A DNA stretch of 29,489 nt from a virus. Lineage: Duplodnaviria > Caudoviricetes. Made by a program: the position numbers and the translations under genes. The stretch lies in the IMG/VR virus record IMGVR_UViG_3300020426_000380, positions 1-29,489 of that record, one strand, 5' to 3'. The notes beneath the pieces are model-generated. The model had not been told where the DNA came from, searched no databases, and worked only from the letters and a program-made list of their open reading frames with translations. Of the stretch, positions 8,229 to 15,633 are shown piece by piece; within the stretch, counting starts at the first letter, position 1, and each line of letters begins with the position of its first letter.

Positions 8229-9290
8229 ATGGCGGGTTTTCAGCTGGTGGCCTTGGATACCACCGAATTGACCCCCGAGGTCGTTGCAATGGTCGAGCTT
8301 TCAGCATTCTTCCGAGGGGACGGTGATATTGGCGATATGCCGCTGGACCGAGACGTCGCCCTTGATACCTACATCGCGCAGATATCCGATGAAGGTCTGA
8401 AGGCAGATTATCAGGCGGAACCCGGGATTCCCGAAGGGCTGATGATGGAAGAATTCAGAGCGCAGGCTGCAGCTGCGATCGAGGAACGCTGTGCAGCCTT
8501 AGGCGAACACTACCCGTTTTCCCACGTTGCGCCGGGGGTAATCGTTCGAAAACCGATTGCGGAGGTGACCGCAGTTGGAGCGAGCTACATCGCACTGCAG
8601 TTTTATCGTGCGCTGCACGCCAATCGTGTCGAAATTGTGGGCCCGAACGCAGAAACTATCCTCGCCCGATCCAAGCAATTTGGCCGTGATTTTGCAAATC
8701 TCTTTGAATGCATAGCGGGTTATGCCGTTTCAGGACGTGAAAATGGCGTTCCTTATATGACATCGACTTCCCGCTCAGCTCAGAAGTTTCGCACGCTTCT
8801 TTTCCATCTATGCGCTCGTATTCAGTCTGGACAAGTCAAAGAGTTTGAAGCGTTGAGCCCAGCGCAAAAGAGTACGAACGATGGGAAGGTTGACTGCTTT
8901 GTCCACGTTGGAGGGCTACCCGTGGATGGAGCGACGATCATATATTTGGTGGGTGCAACAATACAAAAGGACAATATTGACATAAAAATCATGGATCATG
9001 GAAAAATTCAGTCCGTGAGCGACTTTTTCAATATTAAACCCGCCACCTTTCACGGCATACTTGTTCGACCGTGTGATGAAAACGCGCTCACGCGGGACAA
9101 ATGCGTACAAAACCGCTGCCGGTTGTTCAGCTATGATACCATTTGGCAGAACATGGGGAAGCGGGATGGGTCGCCGTACCAAACACGAGCGTTGCATCGC
9201 TTGGACAGAACGACGAGGGAACTGCTGAAGAAGTTCCGCCAAGCCGTTTATCAAGGCGATTACGAAGAATTCAGACTTGATGCGGCCTAG
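8229..9290 (+). CDS. Hypothetical protein with putative PD-(D/E)xK restriction-endonuclease-like fold (component B)
   Basis: LFECIA helix, NDGKVDCFVH motif and following beta strand IIYLVGAT; starts 5 nt after gene A; lower GC. Confidence 0.55.
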   Translation: MAGFQLVALDTTELTPEVVAMVELSAFFRGDGDIGDMPLDRDVALDTYIAQISDEGLKADYQAEPGIPEGLMMEEFRAQAAAAIEERCAALGEHYPFSHVAPGVIVRKPIAEVTAVGASYIALQFYRALHANRVEIVGPNAETILARSKQFGRDFANLFECIAGYAVSGRENGVPYMTSTSRSAQKFRTLLFHLCARIQSGQVKEFEALSPAQKSTNDGKVDCFVHVGGLPVDGATIIYLVGATIQKDNIDIKIMDHGKIQSVSDFFNIKPATFHGILVRPCDENALTRDKCVQNRCRLFSYDTIWQNMGKRDGSPYQTRALHRLDRTTRELLKKFRQAVYQGDYEEFRLDAA

Positions 9291-10243
9291 GCGGCGATCG
9301 GGCTTTGGTACAGAAGCTCCTTCTCGAGCCGGCGGCGGCCCAGGCTGTATCGAACAGCTATTTTATGCGCCTGGATAGTCCGATAGTTTTCCCGCACAAT
9401 CGGGTGATCATCGTAGGTAAGCAGCCAGTGCTTTGCGACCCCGCTTAACAGCCATTCGGCCAAAGCGTCGTGTTTCGGCAGGTTCATTCCGTCCCAATAG
9501 AGGCGACCACCGGCCTGCACATATGGCGGATCGACGAACAGAAATGTGTCATCCAGGAGATCGCGATCTTCCAACGATCGGCAAAATTGCATGCCGTCGA
9601 GGCAACTGGGCGACACTCGTTCCCTGAGCTGCCCCAGCTGCGCGATTTTCTCGATCAGGCTTGGCTTATTGAAGCGTGCGTCAATTTTCCAGGTGCCTTC
9701 CTGATCATAGCCGCCGATCGGCCCGGAGCCCAAGATGACGCCCGAGCGGCTCGTGCGATTGATGAAGAATGCCGCAAAACCGGAGTCGAAGTCATAGAGC
9801 TCATCAGGCTTTTCATGCAGTTTCGCAAGGCAAGCCTGCCATGTGGCAAGATCTACGCTGACTTCTTCGATCTCTTCGAGAAACCGGTCGGTCTCGAAAA
9901 GCATGGCGTGCCATGCGGAATATATGCGGTAGTCAGCGTCGTTAAGATAAAGGTGATCCACAAGATCATCAACGAGCAGGTTCAGCGCTGCCCCTGCGCC
10001 CCCGCAATAGGGTTCGGCATATGAGGCTCTGCTGCTCGGGAAACGCTGTGAAATCTGCTCCTGGAGAAACGACGTCAGAAATCCTTTTCCGCCAGGATAG
10101 CGGAATGGAGACGCAGCCTTGGAGTTGTGCCTCTTCGGGTAGCCCGATAGATCAATAATCTGATCCTCAACAGCATCCAAGGTGACACGACCTTCCGGTT
10201 GCGAGGGCGCCGGTTCGGCCGCCCCGGTGTGACAGGCAGGCAC
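9287..10243 (-). CDS. D12-class (Dam-like) N6-adenine DNA methyltransferase (component C); start may be TTG at 10180
   Basis: SPFRYPGGK, motif I EPYCGGAG, FFINRTSRSG, catalytic FVDPPY, WLLTYDD. Confidence 0.92.
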   Translation of the reverse strand: MPACHTGAAEPAPSQPEGRVTLDAVEDQIIDLSGYPKRHNSKAASPFRYPGGKGFLTSFLQEQISQRFPSSRASYAEPYCGGAGAALNLLVDDLVDHLYLNDADYRIYSAWHAMLFETDRFLEEIEEVSVDLATWQACLAKLHEKPDELYDFDSGFAAFFINRTSRSGVILGSGPIGGYDQEGTWKIDARFNKPSLIEKIAQLGQLRERVSPSCLDGMQFCRSLEDRDLLDDTFLFVDPPYVQAGGRLYWDGMNLPKHDALAEWLLSGVAKHWLLTYDDHPIVRENYRTIQAHKIAVRYSLGRRRLEKELLYQSPIAA

Positions 10244-10357
10244 CCCCTAGACGCATCAAAGGGGCTTCACTAGCCCTTTCGTGACATTGAACAGTCTTCA
10301 TCGTCTGTAAACCAGCATAATAAGGCATCACCCCGACCAATCGCGCTCGCACGCTTA

Positions 10358-11002
10358 TCAAAGTAGGCCGACTGCACCGCTTCCCTTGAACCACGGCGCG
10401 TCGGTTGCCTCCACGATCATCCTCTCGGCCGGGTAGGGCCGGTCAAAGCGATAGAGATCTGGAAGGGGCGCATGGAGCCATGTCTCCCAGTCGGCGGGAT
10501 TTAGGATGACGGGCGAGCGATCGTGGATGTGGCTGAGCTCGGGCGCGTTGGCGGTCATGACGCCGGTATAGACCGGGCCCCATTCGATGCTGTCGTTCCA
10601 TAGGCCGGCCCAGGCGAAGATCGGCTGATCCTTCACCGACAGCCAGGTTTCCGTCGTGCGGCCGCGCTCGCCAACCGCCTCGGCATAGCGGGCGGTGGGG
10701 ATGAGGCAGCGTTGCATGGGATTTTCGGCCCAGCGCTTCCAGAAGCTGCCCAGCTTGTCGAAGCGGGCGTTGTTGACCGGCTTGGGCTTGTTCTTGACCT
10801 TGGGATCGCGCTTGCTGGCGAGGGCGACGGGAAAGCCCCAGGTCATCTGTTCGAGGACCAGCTCCCCTTCGACCAGGCGCAGGACACTGCCCGGTTCCTT
10901 CGGGTGCACGACCAAGGGGCCTTCGTTGAAGGCTGCGCCGAGGCGCGCGCCGAAGAGGCGCAGCACCTTGTCCGTCTGCCCGCGTTCCGCCCGATTGCAC
11001 AT
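10358..11002 (-). CDS. SOS response-associated peptidase (SRAP/YedK/HMCES family), 214 aa
   Basis: N-terminal Met-Cys (MCNR), MTWGF, NNAR, RCLIP...YAE, FAWAGLW, IHDRSPVIL. Confidence 0.93.
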   Translation of the reverse strand: MCNRAERGQTDKVLRLFGARLGAAFNEGPLVVHPKEPGSVLRLVEGELVLEQMTWGFPVALASKRDPKVKNKPKPVNNARFDKLGSFWKRWAENPMQRCLIPTARYAEAVGERGRTTETWLSVKDQPIFAWAGLWNDSIEWGPVYTGVMTANAPELSHIHDRSPVILNPADWETWLHAPLPDLYRFDRPYPAERMIVEATDAPWFKGSGAVGLL

Positions 11003-11063
11003 GGGGCGAAGGTGCGGGCGCGATGTGTCCGAGTCAATATGACCGTTGACCAGCGCTCCCGGT

Positions 11064-11078
11064 GTTCCGCATATGTTC
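11064..11078. promoter_or_regulatory. Alphaproteobacterial LexA (SOS) box
   Basis: GTTC-cgcatat-GTTC, a perfect GTTC-N7-GTTC between divergent SRAP and a small gene. Confidence 0.85.
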
Positions 11079-11081
11079 CAC

Positions 11082-11360
11082 ATGCCCGATGACAGCCGAC
11101 TTCGTGATCATGCCAGGGATCATCGCCTGCGCTACGAATGGCGGACGTGGCGCGACGACACGCATTGGCATGCGGAGGCGCGGCTGTGGCGCGGCGGGCA
11201 GTCGATCGCCTGGTTCGGCACATCAACGCGGGAAGGGGAGCAGCGTGCGCTAGACCTGGCCACCGACCTGGTGATCGGGCCACCGCTCGGGCCGGACCGC
11301 GTCGAAGAGAGGATCAACCTGGTCGATCCGGCGCGGCCGTCCAGACGCCCAACCCGGTGA
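11082..11360 (+). CDS. Small hypothetical protein, probably SOS-inducible (92 aa)
   Basis: ATG 3 nt after the LexA box; MPDDSRLRDH...WHAEARLW... Confidence 0.6.
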   Translation: MPDDSRLRDHARDHRLRYEWRTWRDDTHWHAEARLWRGGQSIAWFGTSTREGEQRALDLATDLVIGPPLGPDRVEERINLVDPARPSRRPTR

Positions 11361-11385
11361 TGTTCCGAGATCGGGTGCCTGCAGA

Positions 11386-12240
11386 TCAGGCCGACTGCTG
11401 CGATGGGCAGAGCGCGGCGTTGAAGGAATTTCCGACGATCAAAGCTCCGATAGCCCAGAGATTGACGTTCTTGAACACATTCGCGGCAAAATCGAAGAAG
11501 GTGCCAGCCTTCGACGGGTCTGGATTAGCTGCCGCCAATTCCTTAGTCGTCGACGTCGTCACCGTGCAGACGGTTGGCCTCATGATGTCCCAGAGCGTCT
11601 TACTTACCACCACGCCATTGAGCGGCGGGTTCTGAAACCAGGTCGCGAGAACGCGTCGCATGTCCTTCTCATTCGCTTTCAAGAAGTCGATTGCAAAAAA
11701 CTGGCGATCCACGTCTTCCGCTACCAAGATCGGTCCCTTGCTGCCAGCGCGGCCGTACACGCCCATGAGCACTTGGGCCTGATCAAAATCATACGCCTCC
11801 AAGAGGGCCTTGCAATTTTTGACATCCGCTGGGCTGATTTCATGGGTGAGCAGCCAGAAGATCGGCAACGCCTTTGCATCACTAAACCGTTCTACACTCG
11901 GCACAGTCGGCAATCCTTCGACGAAGGCATTGCACATCTTCTTGTTCTTACCAGGATTTTTCGGGTCCAGCAGAATGACCGCCTTTGGACCCGAGGTCTT
12001 CACGCTATTAAATTCACCAGGAAGGTACGCGCGGGCAATGACATATTGTTCGGTCGCCTGCGCGAATATTTCACCGCCTCCGTTCACTGGCGGTGGAGGT
12101 GAAGGCGGTGGTGGCGTTACTGGAGTAGGTGGTGACGACGTCGGGGGCGGCGGCAATTCGGCGGGCATTTTCTTGGCGCATCCGGACAGAAGAGCGGGCA
12201 ATGTCAGGCAAAGAAGGATCGCAGCGATAAAATTCCTCAT
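11386..12240 (-). CDS. Moron lipoprotein with Pro-rich linker (284 aa)
   Basis: Signal peptide with lipobox LSG-C, PPPPTSSPPTPVTPPPP linker, lower GC, opposite orientation to neighbours. Confidence 0.85.
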   Translation of the reverse strand: MRNFIAAILLCLTLPALLSGCAKKMPAELPPPPTSSPPTPVTPPPPSPPPPVNGGGEIFAQATEQYVIARAYLPGEFNSVKTSGPKAVILLDPKNPGKNKKMCNAFVEGLPTVPSVERFSDAKALPIFWLLTHEISPADVKNCKALLEAYDFDQAQVLMGVYGRAGSKGPILVAEDVDRQFFAIDFLKANEKDMRRVLATWFQNPPLNGVVVSKTLWDIMRPTVCTVTTSTTKELAAANPDPSKAGTFFDFAANVFKNVNLWAIGALIVGNSFNAALCPSQQSA

Positions 12241-12294
12241 TTCAGCCCCCTGAAATTAAATGACGCACGGAATTTTGTTTCGCGACCCGAACGG

Positions 12295-12322
12295 ATGCTA
12301 CCATTTCAACGGGTCTTTCCAA
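12295..12322 (-). promoter_or_regulatory. Putative sigma70 promoter for the lipoprotein
   Basis: Minus strand TTGGAA-16 nt-TAGCAT, about 55 nt upstream of ATG 12240. Confidence 0.4.
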
Positions 12323-12386
12323 ACGGGAATCGTCTTCGGGCGTCCGGAGGAGTAGGCTGCAGATGCGACCCTAGCTTTTTCAACGC

Positions 12387-12401
12387 TTTCTCCTTATGTT
12401 C
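12387..12401. promoter_or_regulatory. Degenerate LexA box upstream of the LexA-like gene
   Basis: TTTC-tccttat-GTTC (one mismatch to GTTC-N7-GTTC). Confidence 0.55.
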
Positions 12402-12427
12402 CTGTCGGCGCAGGGAGGCAGTTCGCG

Positions 12428-12787
12428 ATGAAGGTCGAGGCGATCCGGCTGACGCCGACGATGGTCAGCCGCAAGTTGCAGCTGCTGGACTTCGTCCGCG
12501 CCTTCTATTCCGCTCATGGAGTCGGGCCCACCATCACGGAAATGGCCAATGCGCTCAATTGCGCGCGATCGCGGATCCAGGACGCAGTGCGCAAGCTGGA
12601 GCGCGAGCAGCTGATCAACCGGCAGCCGGGCAAGACGCGCGGCATCACGCCGATCAGCGGGCATGAAGAGGCGATCCGCCAGCTGCAGGCGATCGGCTAT
12701 ATCGTCAATCCCGGGCGCATGGAGCTGCTCGCGCCGGCGCCGCCGCTGCTGGACCTGGACGAACGCGGGCGACTGACGATCGGATAG
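12428..12787 (+). CDS. LexA DNA-binding-domain protein without peptidase domain (119 aa)
   Basis: RKLQLLDFVRAFYSAHGVGPTITEMANAL...VRKLEREQLINRQPGKTRGI follows the LexA winged-HTH pattern; RBS GGGAGG. Confidence 0.8.
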   Translation: MKVEAIRLTPTMVSRKLQLLDFVRAFYSAHGVGPTITEMANALNCARSRIQDAVRKLEREQLINRQPGKTRGITPISGHEEAIRQLQAIGYIVNPGRMELLAPAPPLLDLDERGRLTIG

Positions 12788-12800
12788 TGGCGCTCGGGCA

Positions 12801-12823
12801 AGCGGTACAGAAGCGGTCCTGCC
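12801..12823 (+). repeat. 23-bp regulatory motif, copy 1
   Basis: AGCGGTACAGAAGCGGTCCTGCC; 21/23 identical to 13476-13498. Confidence 0.85.
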
Positions 12824-12854
12824 GCGCGCGCGCGCGGTTGGGCATGGTGCCGCC

Positions 12855-13463
12855 ATGATGATGCAACCCCTTCCCCCCGCTGCCGACCGCCCCATCGATG
12901 CCGCAGCCGTGGCGCGCCGCCGCACCGACCAGGAACAGCGCCGGTTGCGCAAGCAGCGCGCCGCGATGCTGAAGCGCTGGTCGCACAAGCGCGAAGGGAC
13001 GCCGGAAACGCACGAGGCGCACAGCCAGCGGCGCGCCGGCGCGATCGCGCGGCTGCATGCGTCGGGCCTGCTGGATGACGACGAGGTGGCCTGGTCGCAG
13101 GAGATCGCCGCGGCGGCCGAGCGGATCATGGCGGAGGCACAGGTGCGCACGGCGTCGCTGGAAACACGGGTGGACACGTCGCGGCACGGCGACGCCTTCT
13201 TCGAAGCGCTGGGCGCGGTGCGGCGCGAAATGGCCTATAGCCGGTGGCGCGCGCAGCTGATGCCCAAGGTCGCGGCGCTGGCGCTGGACGTCATCCTGCA
13301 CGATGTCGGCCTGTCGCGCGCGGCGGCGGCGCACGGCATGCATGTGCGGCGAGCCCGCCGGCTGCTGGTCGAGGCGCTGCATCACTGGGCGCATGTCCAT
13401 CGCGACGTGCGCAAGGAAGTCAGCGCCGCGGACCTGGTCGCGGCGCATGCGGGATTGCTGTGA
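12855..13463 (+). CDS. Putative late-gene regulator (Q-like antiterminator / activator), 202 aa
   Basis: C-terminal HTH-like GLSRAAAAHGMHVRRARRLLVEAL; sits just before a putative late promoter and terminator. Confidence 0.6.
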   Translation: MMMQPLPPAADRPIDAAAVARRRTDQEQRRLRKQRAAMLKRWSHKREGTPETHEAHSQRRAGAIARLHASGLLDDDEVAWSQEIAAAAERIMAEAQVRTASLETRVDTSRHGDAFFEALGAVRREMAYSRWRAQLMPKVAALALDVILHDVGLSRAAAAHGMHVRRARRLLVEALHHWAHVHRDVRKEVSAADLVAAHAGLL

Positions 13464-13475
13464 GGAAAAATGCGG

Positions 13476-13498
13476 AGCGGTACAAAAGCGGGCCTGCC
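13476..13498 (+). repeat. 23-bp regulatory motif, copy 2 (putative late promoter)
   Basis: AGCGGTACAAAAGCGGGCCTGCC. Confidence 0.85.
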
Positions 13499-13546
13499 AA
13501 AATGGCCATGAAAATGCCAGAAACGACCCCGCGCTAATTGCGTCCG

Positions 13547-13578
13547 AAGCCCGCCGATCCCCCCTCGGCGGGCTTTTT
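13547..13578 (+). terminator. Intrinsic terminator at the head of the late operon
   Basis: Stem AAGCCCGCCGA / TCGGCGGGCTT, 7-nt loop, T-run. Confidence 0.8.
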
Positions 13579-13599
13579 CGCGTCGATGGAGGTTCGCTC

Positions 13600-13845
13600 A
13601 TGGCTGCATCGCCTGCCCGGACTTCGATTCCCGACAGCCTCGAAAATGCCAGCCATGCGCTGGACGAGCTGATCCGTGACGCCCGCCTGAACCCCCGCCG
13701 TCGCCATGACCTGCATCATGCCGACCTGGAAGAGCGGGCCCGGGCCATCGCGGCCTCCATCGTCGCACCCTTTCGCGGGGCGGCTGCGGCCGCGCCGATC
13801 GCTTTCGAAACGGACGGCAAGACATCGCACGGCTGGTGGGGCTGA
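13600..13845 (+). CDS. Hypothetical protein (81 aa)
   Basis: RBS GGAGG then ATG 13600; MAASPARTSIPD... Confidence 0.7.
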   Translation: MAASPARTSIPDSLENASHALDELIRDARLNPRRRHDLHHADLEERARAIAASIVAPFRGAAAAAPIAFETDGKTSHGWWG

Positions 13846-13858
13846 GCAGGAGATCATC

Positions 13859-14071
13859 ATGAGCAGTTTCACCCGCCGGATCGAGATCCGCGGCCTGAAG
13901 GCGCGCGGCTATGCGCGCACGCCCTATCGCATCGTCAAGGATGTCATGGGGCGGGAGCGTCCGGTGCGCGTGGCGCGCGGCGGGCTGATCCTCGGCCCGG
14001 AGCCGGCGCAGGCGCCGATCGGCTATCACTGGCCGCGTGTGGTGGACCTGCGCCGGGCCGCTGTGTCGTGA
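13859..14071 (+). CDS. Hypothetical basic protein (70 aa)
   Basis: RBS AGGAG then ATG 13859; MSSFTRRIEIRG... Confidence 0.7.
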   Translation: MSSFTRRIEIRGLKARGYARTPYRIVKDVMGRERPVRVARGGLILGPEPAQAPIGYHWPRVVDLRRAAVS

Positions 14072-14235
14072 ACGACGTTGACGTCGCCGCGCTCGAGCGC
14101 CTGGCCCAGGGCAATGGCGAAGTGCGGCTAAGCAAGCGCCTGATGCGGGGAATCCTCGCGCAATTGCGGGCGAATGAGGCAGCCGGTCGCAGCCGCGACA
14201 TAGTTGAGCGCATGATCGGGACCGCAACCGCATGA
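14068..14235 (+). CDS. Hypothetical protein (55 aa)
   Basis: Not in ORF track; GTGA and ATGA overlaps at its ends; MNDVDVAALERLAQGNGEVRLSKRLMRGIL... Confidence 0.6.
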   Translation: MNDVDVAALERLAQGNGEVRLSKRLMRGILAQLRANEAAGRSRDIVERMIGTATA

Positions 14236-14912
14236 CCAGCGTAAATGGCGATGGCACAACGAGCGCCGAGCCCGGCGACGGCGTTGTGTCGCCGAGCCGC
14301 CGCGAGATCGACGGCAAGGTCTATTGGACGAACGCCGACGGCGGCCTGATCCCCGACGATGTCGTCAAGCCGATCGACAAGCTGCAGGACGAGCTGGTCC
14401 GCAAGATCATCGGCCATGCACTGCCCCTGTCGGCGCAGATCGCGCGCTTTCGCCAGCAAAGCTTCGACGATGTCGATGCGCTGGTCGCCCTGCTGGAGCA
14501 GGAGTATCAGGCGCAGCGCGGCGGGTCGAAGGGCAACCTCGTCTTCACATCCTATGACGGCTGCTTCCAGATCAAGGTGGCGGTGGCGGACAATATCGAG
14601 TTCGGAGCCGAGTTGCAGACGGCCAAGGCGCTGGTCGACGAGTGCCTGCGGGAATGGTCGGCGGATAGCCGCAGCGAGATCCAGGCGATCATCACCCGCG
14701 CATTCGACGTCGACAGCCAGGGCCGGCTGAACCGGAGCGCGCTATTCTCGTTGCTGCGCTTCGAGATCGCGGACGATCGGTGGCTCAATGCCATGAGGGC
14801 CATCCGGGACAGCATGCGGGTGGTCGGCTCGAAGCGGTATATCCGCATGTATCAACGGGCAAACGCACAGGCTCCCTGGGCCGCCATCACGCTCGACGTG
14901 GCGGCGGCATGA
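14232..14912 (+). CDS. DUF3164 family protein
   Basis: YWTNADGGLIP...KPIDKLQDELV...GGSKGN...SYDG...AKALVDECL...AF...GSKRYIR motifs. Confidence 0.85.
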   Translation: MTSVNGDGTTSAEPGDGVVSPSRREIDGKVYWTNADGGLIPDDVVKPIDKLQDELVRKIIGHALPLSAQIARFRQQSFDDVDALVALLEQEYQAQRGGSKGNLVFTSYDGCFQIKVAVADNIEFGAELQTAKALVDECLREWSADSRSEIQAIITRAFDVDSQGRLNRSALFSLLRFEIADDRWLNAMRAIRDSMRVVGSKRYIRMYQRANAQAPWAAITLDVAAA

Positions 14913-15220
14913 GCCCCGAGCTGGTCGCCGGCGAGCGGCTTATCCGTCAGCTGGATCGCTCGGCCGAGATCGCCGGGTGCGCCATCGATGTGGTTTGCTG
15001 GCGCAGCAGGGATGTGAGCGCGAGCATCTTCACATGCGCCGAGCATCGGCTGACCGTGGCCGTGACAGGTGCGCCTGGGCGAGCCTGGCTCGATACGCTG
15101 GACGAGAATTCAATGGGCGTGCCCGGCCATGTGCTGGTGGCGCTGGGCGTCGGCGCCGTGGATGACAGCGGCACGCGGCTGCTGGCCGAGATCGAGGCGC
15201 AGACGGTGCGCGAGGCGTGA
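14909..15220 (+). CDS. Hypothetical protein (103 aa)
   Basis: ATGA-coupled; MSPELVAGERL... Confidence 0.7.
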   Translation: MSPELVAGERLIRQLDRSAEIAGCAIDVVCWRSRDVSASIFTCAEHRLTVAVTGAPGRAWLDTLDENSMGVPGHVLVALGVGAVDDSGTRLLAEIEAQTVREA

Positions 15221-15528
15221 TCGAGCGTCTCAGGGGCAGAGCCGGCCAGCGGCAGCGGCAGCGGCGTCTCCAGCGCACCCACGGCCTATGCGAGCTGTGC
15301 ATGGCGGATGGCCGCACCGAGCTTGCGATCGTGGTGGACCACATCGTGCCGCTCGCGCTGGGCGGCAGCGACGAGGACGGCAACACCCGCAACCTCTGCG
15401 ATCCGCACCACAAGGCCGTGACGGCCGAGCAGTTTGGTCATGCCACCCCAGGCCATGTGCGCGGGTGCGACGTGGCAGGACGCCCAACCGACCCAGCGCA
15501 CCCCTGGGCCCGCGCCCTCCGAGGGTGA
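15217..15528 (+). CDS. HNH endonuclease (cos-packaging associated, HK97 gp74-like)
   Basis: LCELC...VVDHIVPLALGG...NTRNLCDPHHKAVT; directly upstream of terminase. Confidence 0.92.
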   Translation: MIERLRGRAGQRQRQRRLQRTHGLCELCMADGRTELAIVVDHIVPLALGGSDEDGNTRNLCDPHHKAVTAEQFGHATPGHVRGCDVAGRPTDPAHPWARALRG

Positions 15529-15625
15529 AGGGGGGGGCGGGGTCGAAAGTTTGGCCGATCCGGGCCCGGACACCGCCGCTCCGGTTCATGTGCGGCGGGA
15601 GCGATTTGAAAGTAAAAAGTTCGGG
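15528..15625 (+). other. Putative cos / packaging initiation region
   Basis: G8 run, GGGGTCGAAAGT and CACCGCCGC between HNH and small terminase, where cos lies in HK97-like phages. Confidence 0.55.
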
Positions 15626-15633
15626 GCTTGCGG

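Noticed and set aside
9307-9317. GGTACAGAAGC, identical to part of the 23-bp late motif
   Set aside because: Lies within the MTase coding sequence and lacks the second half-site and promoter context; likely chance
12801-13498. 23-bp repeats as att sites, CRISPR repeats or target-site duplication
   Set aside because: Only two imperfect copies, no recombinase or cas gene nearby, both in promoter-like positions
15217-15528. HNH as a homing endonuclease or defence nuclease
   Set aside because: Size and position next to cos and terminase fit the ordinary packaging cofactor
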